From an uncultured Rhizobium sp. (GTDB taxonomy: Bacteria; Pseudomonadota; Alphaproteobacteria; SHVZ01), in NCBI GenBank assembly GCA_964655235.1, contig CAZZLX010000003.1:1-37656 (forward strand): a stretch of 37,656 nt of DNA, in the 5' to 3' direction. Under the pieces are notes generated by a model. It was not told the DNA's origin. It made no database searches and saw only the letters and a list, made by a program, of their open reading frames with translations. Of the stretch, positions 1 through 8,821 are shown piece by piece (the stretch's first letter is position 1; each line of letters opens with the position of its first letter). Made by a program: the position numbers and the translations under genes.

Positions 1-370
1 CATCATCAACCCGATGATCGTCGAGGGCCAGGTCCATGGCGGCATCGCCCAGGGCCTGGGGCAGGCGCTGCTGGAAAGCTGCGTCTACGACAAGGACGGC
101 CAGCTGCTCACCGGCTCCTACAACGACTACTGCATGCCGCGGGCGGACGACTTCCCCTCATTCGACGTGCAGCACACCGACAAGCCGACGCCGTGCACGC
201 ACAACCCGCTGGGCGTGAAGGGCTGCGGCGAGGCGGGGGCGATCGGCTCGCCGCCGGCGATCATCAACGCGATCTGCAACGCGCTCAACGTCGGCCACAT
301 GGACATGCCGGCGACGAACGAGAAGATCTGGCGGGCGGCGAACGCCCAGATGGCCCGCGCGGCCGAGTAA
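1..370 (+). CDS. Xanthine dehydrogenase family / CoxL-like molybdopterin-binding large subunit, C-terminal part (5' end outside window)
   Basis: Frame is open from the window edge ([23 protein letters not shown] ... [12 protein letters not shown]). It is followed by a CoxM-like gene, the S-L-M order of form II coxL-like enzymes. The active-site loop is not in the window. Confidence 0.9.
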   Translation, partial: IINPMIVEGQVHGGIAQGLGQALLESCVYDKDGQLLTGSYNDYCMPRADDFPSFDVQHTDKPTPCTHNPLGVKGCGEAGAIGSPPAIINAICNALNVGHMDMPATNEKIWRAANAQMARAAE

Positions 371-387
371 GCAAGGGGAACCGACAC

Positions 388-1179
388 ATGTATTCATTCG
401 AGTATCAGAAGGCCGGTTCTGTCGCCGATGCCGCGAAGGCGGCGACCGGCGAGGCCAAGCTCGTCGCCGGCGGCATGACGCTGATCCCGACGCTCAAGCT
501 CCGGCTCGCCCAGCCCTCCAAGCTGGTCGATCTCGGCGGCCTCAAGGACCTGGTCGGCATCAAGGTCGAGGGCGACGGCGTCACCATCGGCGCGATGACC
601 ACGCATGCGGCGGTCGCGAATTCGGCCGACGTGAAGAAGGCGATCCCGGCGCTGGCCGATCTCGCCGGCGGCATCGGCGATCCGGCCGTCCGCAACCGCG
701 GTACCATCGGCGGCTCGGTCGCCAACAACGATCCGGCGGCGGACTATCCGGCGGCCTGTGTCGCGCTCGGCGCCACCATCGTCACCAACAAGCGCAAGAT
801 CGCCGCCGACGACTTCTTCAAGGGCCTGTTCGAGACGGCGCTGGAAGAGGGCGAGATCATCACCGCGATCTCCTTCCCGAAGGCGGAAAAGGCCGCCTAC
901 ATGAAGTTCCGCAACCCGGCCTCGCGCTACGCGCTGGTCGGCGTCTTCGTCGCCAAGGGCAAAGGCGGCGTGCGCGTCGCCGTGACCGGTGCGGGCGAAG
1001 GCGGCGTGTTCCGGAAGAAGTCGTTCGAGGAGGCTCTGGGCAAGAGCTTCGACGGCGCCGCGCTCGACGCGGTGAAGGTCGACGCCAAGGGCCTCAACTC
1101 CGACATCCACGCCTCGGCCGAGTACCGGGCGCATCTGATCAAGGTGATGGCGAAGCGGGCGGTCGCCGCCGCGAAGTAA
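388..1179 (+). CDS. CoxM-like FAD-binding medium subunit, xanthine dehydrogenase family
   Basis: RBS AAGGGG precedes ATG 388 (MYSFEYQK). Motifs AGGMTLIP and [18 protein letters not shown]. The ORF-track start at 193 overlaps coxL and is unlikely. Confidence 0.92.
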   Translation: MYSFEYQKAGSVADAAKAATGEAKLVAGGMTLIPTLKLRLAQPSKLVDLGGLKDLVGIKVEGDGVTIGAMTTHAAVANSADVKKAIPALADLAGGIGDPAVRNRGTIGGSVANNDPAADYPAACVALGATIVTNKRKIAADDFFKGLFETALEEGEIITAISFPKAEKAAYMKFRNPASRYALVGVFVAKGKGGVRVAVTGAGEGGVFRKKSFEEALGKSFDGAALDAVKVDAKGLNSDIHASAEYRAHLIKVMAKRAVAAAK

Positions 1180-1200
1180 GCCATCCGTCTGGGAGAACCT

Positions 1201-1238
1201 GAAGACGGCGCCGGGGAAATCCGGCGCCGTTTTTCTTT
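1201..1238 (+). terminator. Rho-independent terminator
   Basis: ACGGCGCCGG-ggaaat-CCGGCGCCGT stem (1205-1230) followed by TTTTCTTT, just after the coxM stop. Confidence 0.85.
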
Positions 1239-1301
1239 CAGGGTCGTCCAAGCCCATCCCATGTTATGGCGACCGCGCCGGCGGGACGCGCAGGATCGCG
1301 G

Positions 1302-1505
1302 ATGCCGCACAAGGCGCTCAGCGAGAGGGACGTGCTGATCGTGGCCCATATGCTCGTCGAGCGGCATGGGGCAGGAGCAGCCTCGTTCGCCTCGGACCGG
1401 GTCGAGGAGTTCGCGCGCGCGAGCAAGGCCGGCGGCCGCACGATGTGGCGGCGGATCCTGCTGGCGGTGCAATCGATCGGCGAGTCCGGGGGCGGGCGCG
1501 CCTAG
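1302..1505 (+). CDS. Small hypothetical protein
   Basis: AGGA RBS before ATG 1302 (alternative start 1266). The pattern A..LVERHG..A...A..R...W.RI..A resembles a small helical alphaproteobacterial family as I recall it. Confidence 0.6.
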   Translation: MPHKALSERDVLIVAHMLVERHGAGAASFASDRVEEFARASKAGGRTMWRRILLAVQSIGESGGGRA

Positions 1506-1510
1506 GAGGC

Positions 1511-1536
1511 GAAACCCCGAGCGCGGATCGGCCGTT
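1511..1536 (+). promoter_or_regulatory. Putative sigma-EcfG promoter
   Basis: GAAAC-N17-CGTT, one mismatch to GGAAC-N16/17-CGTT, about 20 nt before the DUF2934 start. Confidence 0.45.
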
Positions 1537-1558
1537 ATCTCCGTCCAAGGAGATGGCC

Positions 1559-1819
1559 ATGCCTCGTCATGCGGAGACCCGCGAACCCCAGCTTCCGGGG
1601 ATCGCCGGCGGTCCGGACATCAAGGAAGCGAAGCCGCCGGCCGTGCGGAAGCGGCCGGGCGCCATGCCGCCGGATTTCGGCGATCCGCTGCCGGTCGACG
1701 ACAACCTTGTCCGACGCCGCGCCTTCGAATTGTGGCAGGCCGCCGGCCGGCCGCAGGGGGCGGATCTGGCCCGCTGGTTCGAGGGGATCGCGCCGTCCAG
1801 GTCCCGCCGCCGGCACTAA
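1559..1819 (+). CDS. DUF2934-domain protein
   Basis: AAGGAG RBS. VRRRAFELWQAAGRPQGADLARW matches the DUF2934 pattern IR.RAY.LW...GRP.G.D...W. Confidence 0.75.
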   Translation: MPRHAETREPQLPGIAGGPDIKEAKPPAVRKRPGAMPPDFGDPLPVDDNLVRRRAFELWQAAGRPQGADLARWFEGIAPSRSRRRH

Positions 1820-1912
1820 TTCGCCATGCCGCGGCAATGTCGTGGCGCCCGCGTCCGTTGCTAGAGTCGGGTGTCTGCCCCCGGCTTGCCCAACCCCCAG
1901 CGGGAGATGGTC

Positions 1913-2062
1913 ATGGACTTCATCGAGCAGCTTTTCGGCATCTCGCCCGACGGCGGCGACGGCACCGCCGAACTCATCTGGATCCTGGCCTTCGTCGGCA
2001 TCGCGGCCCTTGTCGCGATCCGCTGGATGAAAGCCCGCCGCGCGGCAAGTCAGACCCGCTAG
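1913..2062 (+). CDS. Small single-pass membrane protein
   Basis: GGGAG RBS. MDFIEQLFGISPDGGDG is followed by one hydrophobic helix and a basic tail. Codon usage is host-like. Confidence 0.65.
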   Translation: MDFIEQLFGISPDGGDGTAELIWILAFVGIAALVAIRWMKARRAASQTR

Positions 2063-2151
2063 CATCGCCGGAGCGAAATTCGCTCCGAGGTTCACCTAGG
2101 TTATTCACCTGCACTTCTTCCGAAGGTTAATTGTGACCTTCAGGAGGGGCC

Positions 2152-2919
2152 ATGGTGCTATTGGACGCGGGGCAGGAGATGGCTGTCCATCTCATCCGCA
2201 AGCTGGAGCAGTTCGTCCGGCTTTCGGGGGAGGAAAAGCGTGTTCTGGCGGCACTCGCCGACCTCAAGGTGAAGCGCCTTGGAGCGCGCGAGGATCTCGT
2301 CCGCGAGGGCGAGAAGCCGACCCATGTTAACCTCTTTCTCGAGGGCTGGGCCTGCCGCTACAAGACGCTCGAGGACGGTCGCCGCCAGATCATGGCGTTT
2401 TTCATCCCCGGCGACATGTGCGACCTCAACGTCTTCATCCTGCGCGAGATGGACCACTCCATCGCACCGCTGACACCGGTGACGGTCGTCGAGATTCCGC
2501 ACGAGACGCTGCAGGAGATTACCGCGACCCACCCGCGCATCACGCAGGCGCTGTGGTGGGAGACGCTGGTCAACGCCGCGATACAACGTGAATGGACGGT
2601 CAACCTCGGCCAGCGCACCGCGCTCGAGCGGCTGTCGCACCTGCTCTGCGAGCTGTTCTTCCGGCTGCGCGCGATCGGTCGCACGCAGGGCAATACCTGT
2701 GAGTTCCCGATCACCCAGTCCGATCTCGGCGACACGGTCGGGCTCTCGACCGTTCATGTGAACCGGACACTGCAGGACATGCGGGCGTCCGGCCTGATCA
2801 CGCTGGCCGGCCGCGAACTCGTCATCCACGATCTCGAGAAGCTTCAGCGCACCGCGATGTTCAATCCAAACTACCTGCATCTCGATCATGAAGGCCGCCA
2901 CCTCGACGCCAACACCTGA
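2152..2919 (+). CDS. Crp/Fnr family transcriptional regulator
   Basis: cNMP-binding fold (GWACRYKTLEDGRRQI...PGD) and HTH (PITQSDLGDTVGLSTVHVNRTLQ). AGGAGG RBS; alternative start 2179. Confidence 0.92.
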   Translation: MVLLDAGQEMAVHLIRKLEQFVRLSGEEKRVLAALADLKVKRLGAREDLVREGEKPTHVNLFLEGWACRYKTLEDGRRQIMAFFIPGDMCDLNVFILREMDHSIAPLTPVTVVEIPHETLQEITATHPRITQALWWETLVNAAIQREWTVNLGQRTALERLSHLLCELFFRLRAIGRTQGNTCEFPITQSDLGDTVGLSTVHVNRTLQDMRASGLITLAGRELVIHDLEKLQRTAMFNPNYLHLDHEGRHLDANT

Positions 2920-3871
2920 GGCGGCCCCGAACACGGGCGCGGCGATCAACGCGCTGCCGCAGCCGGCCTGGAACGCCGCGGCCGACGGCGGCTGGACCGA
3001 CGCGAACCGCGCCTGGACCGCGTACACGGGCCTTTCGACCGAGGCCAGCCTCGGGCGCGGATGGCTCGACGCTGTTCATCCCGACGACCGCCTGATCGCG
3101 GAAACCGCCCTGGCGGAAGCGAAGAGCGTCGGCGGCGTGTTCGCAGCCGACCTCCGGATCCAAACCGCTCAGGGAGAGTCGCGCCTGTTCCGGGCGCGCG
3201 CGGCGGCGGAGCGCGACCGGCAGGGCGGGATCGCCCGCTGGATCGGCGTCTTCACCGACATCGGCGACCTCAGGGTGGCGCGCGACGAGGCGACGCGGCG
3301 GGCGCGCGGCATCTTCGCAATGGTCCGCTCGATCACTCGGCGCACGGCCGCGAGCAACAGCGACAAGGACGACTTTGTCGCCCATCTCGAAGGCCGCTTC
3401 GGCGCGCTCGCCCGGATCTACAATCTCGCGGCGATCGATCCGTCCGGCATCGATCTCGAGACCATGATCCGTGACGAGCACTTGGCGCATGCGGCGCCGC
3501 TGGACAAGCGGGTCGAGATAGAGGGTCCCAAGGTTCGGCTCGAGCGCGAGGTCGCGGAAGTCGTGGGTCTCGCCCTGCACGAGCTCGCGACCAATGCCGT
3601 CAAGTACGGCGCGCTAGCGACTCCCAAAGGCCGCATCGAGATCGGCTGGCGAATCGAGGAGCGCGACGGCCGCTCCCACCTGGCGATCATCTGGAGCGAA
3701 ACAGGAATCCCGACGGACGCGACGCTGTCGCCGCGCGGCTTCGGCGCCGAGATGATCGAGCGCATGCTGCCCTACGAGCTGGAGGCGCGGACCTCGCTGA
3801 CGATCGCAGGCGGGCAGCTTTTCTGCATGATCGACATCCCGGCGACAGTTGGCCTCGTCATCGGCGAGTGA
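2888..3871 (+). CDS. PAS-domain HWE-family histidine kinase-like protein with a degenerate H box
   Basis: PAS (WTAYTG...GWLDAVHPDD), N box LHELATNAVKYGAL, WSE and GFG motifs. The H-box position reads EATRRARG. Confidence 0.85.
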   Translation: MKAATSTPTPEAAPNTGAAINALPQPAWNAAADGGWTDANRAWTAYTGLSTEASLGRGWLDAVHPDDRLIAETALAEAKSVGGVFAADLRIQTAQGESRLFRARAAAERDRQGGIARWIGVFTDIGDLRVARDEATRRARGIFAMVRSITRRTAASNSDKDDFVAHLEGRFGALARIYNLAAIDPSGIDLETMIRDEHLAHAAPLDKRVEIEGPKVRLEREVAEVVGLALHELATNAVKYGALATPKGRIEIGWRIEERDGRSHLAIIWSETGIPTDATLSPRGFGAEMIERMLPYELEARTSLTIAGGQLFCMIDIPATVGLVIGE

Positions 3872-3886
3872 GCTCGCGCGTTCCGG

Positions 3887-4300
3887 TCATACCGTGAAGA
3901 GCGTGCGGACTACCTGATCGCTGTCGAAGGGCTTCTCGCAGAACGGGACCTGCCTGAACCGTGCGGGAACGGTCCGCTGATCGCAGCCGGTGGCGAAGAC
4001 GAACGGAATCGCGCGGCTGGCGAGCGCGTCGGCGACGGCGTAGCCGATCTCGCCGCGCAGATCGATGTCGAGGATCGCGCCGTCCAGGCGGTTGGTCTCG
4101 ACCATGTCGAGAGCCTTGTCGACGGTCGGTACCGGTCCGATGACCTCGGCGCCGCGGGCGATCAGCGCCTCGGCGACATCGCCGGCGATACAGTACTGGT
4201 CCTCGACCACGAGGACGCGCCGGCCGCGCAGATCCGTCACGCCGAGAGCGCCGCGCATGGGAAATGGAACGACATTGGTGCCGTGCATTGTCATGAGCAC
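3887..4300 (-). CDS. Single-domain response regulator, FATGUY (SdrG/MrrA-like) type
   Basis: VLVVED, AILDIDL, PFVFATGC and EKPF motifs. Start is uncertain (4300, 4294, 4288 or 4258). Confidence 0.85.
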   Translation of the reverse strand: MLMTMHGTNVVPFPMRGALGVTDLRGRRVLVVEDQYCIAGDVAEALIARGAEVIGPVPTVDKALDMVETNRLDGAILDIDLRGEIGYAVADALASRAIPFVFATGCDQRTVPARFRQVPFCEKPFDSDQVVRTLFTV

Positions 4301-4396
4301 CCCCTCTCGACGACGCTAGCAGCACGATACCGCGCTGTCCCTTCGAGAGATGCCCGGTCTCTAAATTCTCACCGGTACCGTGCTTCCGATCTTTTG

Positions 4397-4421
4397 GGAA
4401 CGAGGGCGCCGGCCGTGCGTT
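4397..4421 (+). promoter_or_regulatory. sigma-EcfG-type promoter upstream of opgG/D-opgH
   Basis: Perfect GGAAC-N16-CGTT, 30-40 nt upstream of ATG 4452/4461. Confidence 0.7.
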
Positions 4422-4460
4422 GCCCGCAGGCGGGATGCGTCGTGCTGGGATATGGATTCA

Positions 4461-5933
4461 ATGAAATCGTCGTGCAAGGCCGCCGGGGCGGCGATCCTCT
4501 TCGCGATCGCTTTCCTGACAGGCGGTCGTTTCGCCGAAGCGCAGGGCCAGCCGGCCTTCGGCTTTGCCGACGTCCAGGCGCGGGCCCAGAGCCTCGCGTC
4601 GCAGCCCTACAAGGCGCCTGACAATGCCCTTCCGGCGGAGTTCGGCCAGATGGGGTACGACCAGTATCAGCAGATCCGCTTCCGTGCTGCCAGGTCGCTT
4701 CTCCAGGAGAACGGCAGCCTCTTTCGCGCCCAGCTCTTCCTGTCCGGATTCCTCTACCGGGACGCGGTCGCGATCAACGTGCTGACGCCGGGCTGGACCG
4801 GTCCGATCGCCGGCTCGTCCGATCTCTTTGAATGGACCCAGGCCAGGCTCAAGAATCCACCGCCGGCGGTCGTGCCGCTCGCCGGGTTTCGGCTCCACTA
4901 CCCGCTGCACGGGCCGCAGCCCGTCGACGAGGTCGCGGCCTTTCTCGGCGCCAGCTACTTCCGCCTGATCGGCCGCGGCCAGGCCTACGGCGCCTCGGCG
5001 CGCGGGCTCGCGGTCGACACCGCGCGCTCGAAGGAGGAGTTTCCGGCCTTCCGCGAGTTCTGGCTGATGCCGCCGGGACCGGGAGCGACGCAGATGACGT
5101 TCTTCGCGCTGCTCGACAGCCCGGGCGTCGCCGGCGCCTACCGCTTCGTGCTCCATCCGGGCGCACGCACGCGGACGGAGGTGACGGCAACGCTCTACCT
5201 GCGCCACAGCATCTCGGTCTTCGGCTTGGCGCCGCTGACCAGCATGTTCTTCACCGGCGAAAGCTCGGTGCGCCGCGAGCCCGACTTCCGGCCGGAGGTG
5301 CATGACTCCGACGGGCTGCTGATCGAGACCGGCGCCGGCGAGCATCTGTGGCGGCCGCTCGCCAATCCACGCGAGCTTCAGATCAGAACCTTCGCCGACA
5401 AGTCGCCGCGCGGATTCGGCCTGCTGCAGCGCGACCGCGATTTCGATCACTACCAGGATCTGCAGGCCGACTATCACCGCCGCCCCGGCCTCTGGGTGCA
5501 GCCGGTCGGCGACTGGGGCGAGGGCGCGGTGCAGCTGATCGAGATCCCGACCGGCTCCGAGGTCAACGACAACATTGTCGCCTTCTGGGTGCCGCGCACG
5601 CCCGTCAAAGGCGGCGATCGCATCGAGATCGCCTATTGGCTCTCGGCGCTCGCCGACGAGGAAAGGCTCTCGTCGCGCGGCCGCGCGATCGCGACGCGTG
5701 AATCGACGGCGAGCTTTTCCGGCGCCAAGGCGCCGGAGAGAACGCGCCGCCTCGTCGTCGACTTCGCCGGTGGCGGCATCGACAAGCGGACCGAGCCGGT
5801 ACCCCCGCTCGGCGCCTGGCGCATGACCTTCGACGTCGAGGCCAACGGCACCAAGCCGATCGACATGCGCGCCTACCTCAAGCTTCTCGGCGAGCCGATG
5901 ACCGAAACCTGGACCTATCGGTGGCAGCCATGA
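4461..5933 (+). CDS. opgG: Periplasmic glucan biosynthesis protein, OpgG/OpgD (MdoG/D) family
   Basis: Signal peptide ending AEA-Q. Motifs YDQYQQIRFR, FLGASYFR, YGASARGLAVDT, FRPEVHDSDGL, DNIVAFW and ETWTY. Alternative start 4452. OpgG versus OpgD is not resolved. Confidence 0.88.
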   Translation: MKSSCKAAGAAILFAIAFLTGGRFAEAQGQPAFGFADVQARAQSLASQPYKAPDNALPAEFGQMGYDQYQQIRFRAARSLLQENGSLFRAQLFLSGFLYRDAVAINVLTPGWTGPIAGSSDLFEWTQARLKNPPPAVVPLAGFRLHYPLHGPQPVDEVAAFLGASYFRLIGRGQAYGASARGLAVDTARSKEEFPAFREFWLMPPGPGATQMTFFALLDSPGVAGAYRFVLHPGARTRTEVTATLYLRHSISVFGLAPLTSMFFTGESSVRREPDFRPEVHDSDGLLIETGAGEHLWRPLANPRELQIRTFADKSPRGFGLLQRDRDFDHYQDLQADYHRRPGLWVQPVGDWGEGAVQLIEIPTGSEVNDNIVAFWVPRTPVKGGDRIEIAYWLSALADEERLSSRGRAIATRESTASFSGAKAPERTRRLVVDFAGGGIDKRTEPVPPLGAWRMTFDVEANGTKPIDMRAYLKLLGEPMTETWTYRWQP

Positions 5934-7735
5934 GCCGTCTCGACCTCGAATCCCATGCCGGGAGCACCGGCTGGCGGCGGCTCGTCACCTTCGTTCCGGC
6001 GCTGGCGCTGACCGGGCTCGGCGTCTGGATGATGGCGACGGCGCTCGGCGGCAACGGCCTCACCTGGGCCGAGATCGGCCTGCTCGTTCTGTTCGCGATC
6101 ACCTTCGGCTGGATCGCTCTGTCGTTCTGGGCTGCCGTGCTGGGTTTCGTGCTGATGGCGCTGGGCCGCCACCCGGTGACGCTGGCCCGCGTCCCGCCCG
6201 GCGATCCGACCGCGCAATTGACCAGGCGCGTCGCGGTGCTGATGCCGATCTACAACGAGGACACCGACCGGGTCTTCGCCGGCATGCTGGCGACCTATCG
6301 GTCGGTCGAGCGCACGCGCTCGGCGCGGCTCTTCGACTTCTTCGTCATCAGCGACACCACCGACCCCGAGATCGGCAAGGCCGAGGAGGCGGCGCTCGAC
6401 GAGTGCATCGACTTGCTGGGATCGGAGGCGCGCCTCTTCTATCGCCGGCGCCCGCAGACCATCGGCCGCAAGGCCGGCAACATCGCCGACTGGGTGCGCG
6501 CGCACGGGGCCATCTACGAGTCGATGATCGTGCTCGACGCCGACAGCGTCATGACCGGCGAGGCGATTATCACGCTCGCGGCGCTGATGGAGGCGAACCC
6601 GGGAACCGGCATCATCCAGACGCTCACCGTGCCGGCGTCGCGCGAGACGCTGTTCGCCCGCGCGTTGCAGTTCGCGAGCCGCCTCTACGGTCCGGTGCTG
6701 GCGACCGGGCAGAGCTTCTGGCAGCTGGGGCATGCCAACTACTTCGGCCACAACGCCATCATCCGCGTGAAGCCCTTCGCCGAGCACTGCATGCTGCCGA
6801 AGCTGCCGGGTGCACCGCCGCTCGGCGGCGAGATCCTGAGCCACGACTTCGTCGAGGCGGCCTTCATCCGCCGCGCCGGCTGGTACGTCTGGCTGCTGCC
6901 CGAGCTCGCCGGCAGCTTCGAGCAGGTGCCGTCGAACCTGATCGACTACGCCGCGCGCGACCGCCGCTGGGTGCAGGGCAACCTGCAGCATCTTCGTCTC
7001 ATGGGGGCCGCGAGGCACTGGGTCGGCCGGCTGCATCTCGGCATGGGCGTGATGGCCTTCGCCGCCGCGCCGCTGTGGTTCCTGCTGCTGCTGCTGACCA
7101 GCGGCGTGGTCATCCATGAGGCCGTGGTCGGCCATGCCTACTTCCCGGCCGAGCGCGTGCTGTTCCCGATCTGGCCGGACTACCGGCCGGAGATGACCTA
7201 CGCGCTGCTCTACCTCACCGGCGCGGTGCTGCTTGGACCGAAGCTGCTGTCGCTGGTGCTGGCGCTCGCGCACGCGCCGTCGCGCCGCGCGTTCGGTGGC
7301 GGTGCGGCGATGACAGGAAGCGCGCTGGTCGAGCTGGCGTTCTCGGTGCTGGTGGCGCCGGTGCTGATGATGCTTCATACGCGCTTCATCGCGACGATCC
7401 TCTCGGGCTCCAGCGTCGGCTGGGGTCCGCAGCCGCGCACCGATCAGGCGGTCACCTGGGCGACGGCGTTCGAGCGCCACTGGCTGCACACGCTGACCGG
7501 CCTGGTCTGGGCCGGACTCATGTACCGCTTCGCGCCCGACTTCCTGCCCTGGGTGCTGCCGGTGGTGCTGGGCCTGGCGCTGTCGATCCCGGTCAACGTG
7601 ATCTCCAGCCGCGCCAGCGTCGGCCGCCTCGCGCGCCGGGTCGGCGTGTTCCGCACGCCTGAGGAGACGCGGCCGCCGCAGGAGCTCGTCTTCGCCAGCG
7701 CCGTGCCGCGCCGGTCAACTTTCCCCGCCGACTGA
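5930..7735 (+). CDS. opgH: Glucans biosynthesis glucosyltransferase OpgH (MdoH), GT2
   Basis: ATGA overlap with the opgG stop. Motifs MPIYNED, RKAGNIADW, LDADS, GHNAIIR, LSHDFVEAA and RDRRWVQGNLQH, plus multiple TM helices. Confidence 0.95.
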   Translation: MSRLDLESHAGSTGWRRLVTFVPALALTGLGVWMMATALGGNGLTWAEIGLLVLFAITFGWIALSFWAAVLGFVLMALGRHPVTLARVPPGDPTAQLTRRVAVLMPIYNEDTDRVFAGMLATYRSVERTRSARLFDFFVISDTTDPEIGKAEEAALDECIDLLGSEARLFYRRRPQTIGRKAGNIADWVRAHGAIYESMIVLDADSVMTGEAIITLAALMEANPGTGIIQTLTVPASRETLFARALQFASRLYGPVLATGQSFWQLGHANYFGHNAIIRVKPFAEHCMLPKLPGAPPLGGEILSHDFVEAAFIRRAGWYVWLLPELAGSFEQVPSNLIDYAARDRRWVQGNLQHLRLMGAARHWVGRLHLGMGVMAFAAAPLWFLLLLLTSGVVIHEAVVGHAYFPAERVLFPIWPDYRPEMTYALLYLTGAVLLGPKLLSLVLALAHAPSRRAFGGGAAMTGSALVELAFSVLVAPVLMMLHTRFIATILSGSSVGWGPQPRTDQAVTWATAFERHWLHTLTGLVWAGLMYRFAPDFLPWVLPVVLGLALSIPVNVISSRASVGRLARRVGVFRTPEETRPPQELVFASAVPRRSTFPAD

Positions 7736-7739
7736 CGTT
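7715..7739 (+). promoter_or_regulatory. Possible sigma-EcfG promoter overlapping the opgH stop
   Basis: TCAAC-N16-CGTT, 30 nt upstream of the SDR start. The -35 match is partial. Confidence 0.4.
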
Positions 7740-7769
7740 TAAGGATCGGCCACGGAACGGAGGACGCGC

Positions 7770-8762
7770 ATGGCGACGCATGGCAACATGAAAGAGATCG
7801 AGCAGGCGAAGGGCATCGCGGCGAAGCAGCGCGAGATCCAGCGGCAGGTGGCGAAGGCCGACAAGGCGGCGCCCGAGGAGGAAAAGCCGAAGGCGATGCA
7901 GGCCGGCGCGCGCGAATATCCGGTGCCGCCGCTGCCGAAGCAGCACCAGGCGAAGCCCGGCATCGAGGCGAAGCTCGATCCGCAGCCGATGTACGACGCG
8001 CCGTTCTGGCGCGGTTCGGGCAAGCTCGAAGGCAAGGTCGCGATCGTCACCGGCGGCGATTCCGGCATCGGTCGTGCGGTCGCCGTGCTCTATGCGCGCG
8101 AGGGATGCGACGTGGCGATCCTGCATCTCGACGAGCCCGAGGACGCGGCCGAGACCGCGCGCGCGATTAAGGAGGAGGGCCGGCGCTGCCTCGTGATCGC
8201 CGGCAACGTGCAGAGCCGGGACTTCTGCCGGAAGGCGGTGGATCAGGTGGTGCGCGAGTTCGGCCGGCTCGACGTGCTGGTCAACAACGCCGCGTTCCAG
8301 ATCCATACCGACCGTTTCGAGGATCTGACCGAGGCGCATTTCGACCAGACGCTGAAGACCAACCTCTACGGCTACTTCTTCATGGCCCAGGCGGCGGTGC
8401 CGCACATGGAGCCCGGCAGCGCCATCGTCAATACGGGCTCGGTCACCGGCATCCGCGGCAGCAAGGAGCTGATCGACTATTCGATGACGAAGGGCGGCAT
8501 CCACGCCTTCACCAAGGCGCTGTCGAGCAACCTGCTGGATCGGGGCATCCGCGTGAACGCGGTCGCGCCCGGCCCGGTGTGGACGCCGCTGAACCCGTCC
8601 GACCGCGAGGAGGACGACGTCTCGCATTTCGGCGAGCAGACGCCGATGGGTCGCCCGGCGCAGCCGGAGGAGATCTCGCCCGCCTTCGTGTTCCTGGCCT
8701 CGCCGCAATGCTCCAGCTACATCACCGGCGAGATCCTGCCGATCATCGGCGGCTACGGCTGA
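7770..8762 (+). CDS. SDR oxidoreductase, general-stress (YdaD/YghA-like) type
   Basis: GSGKLEGKVAIVTGGDSGIGRA, NNAA, YSMTK and VAPGPVWTPL motifs. GGAGG RBS. Confidence 0.92.
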   Translation: MATHGNMKEIEQAKGIAAKQREIQRQVAKADKAAPEEEKPKAMQAGAREYPVPPLPKQHQAKPGIEAKLDPQPMYDAPFWRGSGKLEGKVAIVTGGDSGIGRAVAVLYAREGCDVAILHLDEPEDAAETARAIKEEGRRCLVIAGNVQSRDFCRKAVDQVVREFGRLDVLVNNAAFQIHTDRFEDLTEAHFDQTLKTNLYGYFFMAQAAVPHMEPGSAIVNTGSVTGIRGSKELIDYSMTKGGIHAFTKALSSNLLDRGIRVNAVAPGPVWTPLNPSDREEDDVSHFGEQTPMGRPAQPEEISPAFVFLASPQCSSYITGEILPIIGGYG

Positions 8763-8821
8763 AGCCTCGCGGCATCAGTCGTCGCCGGGCCGATTGACCG
8801 GCAGGACGCGCGGCCAGGGGG

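Noticed and set aside
1-1179. Calling this a true CO dehydrogenase
   Set aside because: The diagnostic active-site loop is outside the window, and the L-M order fits form II coxL-like enzymes of uncertain substrate.
1775-1819. Possible frameshift at the DUF2934 C-terminus (GAGGGG run)
   Set aside because: The core motif is complete, and the alternative frame runs implausibly through the next gene.
4266-4289. GGAAC-N15-CATT as a second EcfG promoter
   Set aside because: The spacing and -10 are wrong, and it lies antisense within the receiver 5' end.
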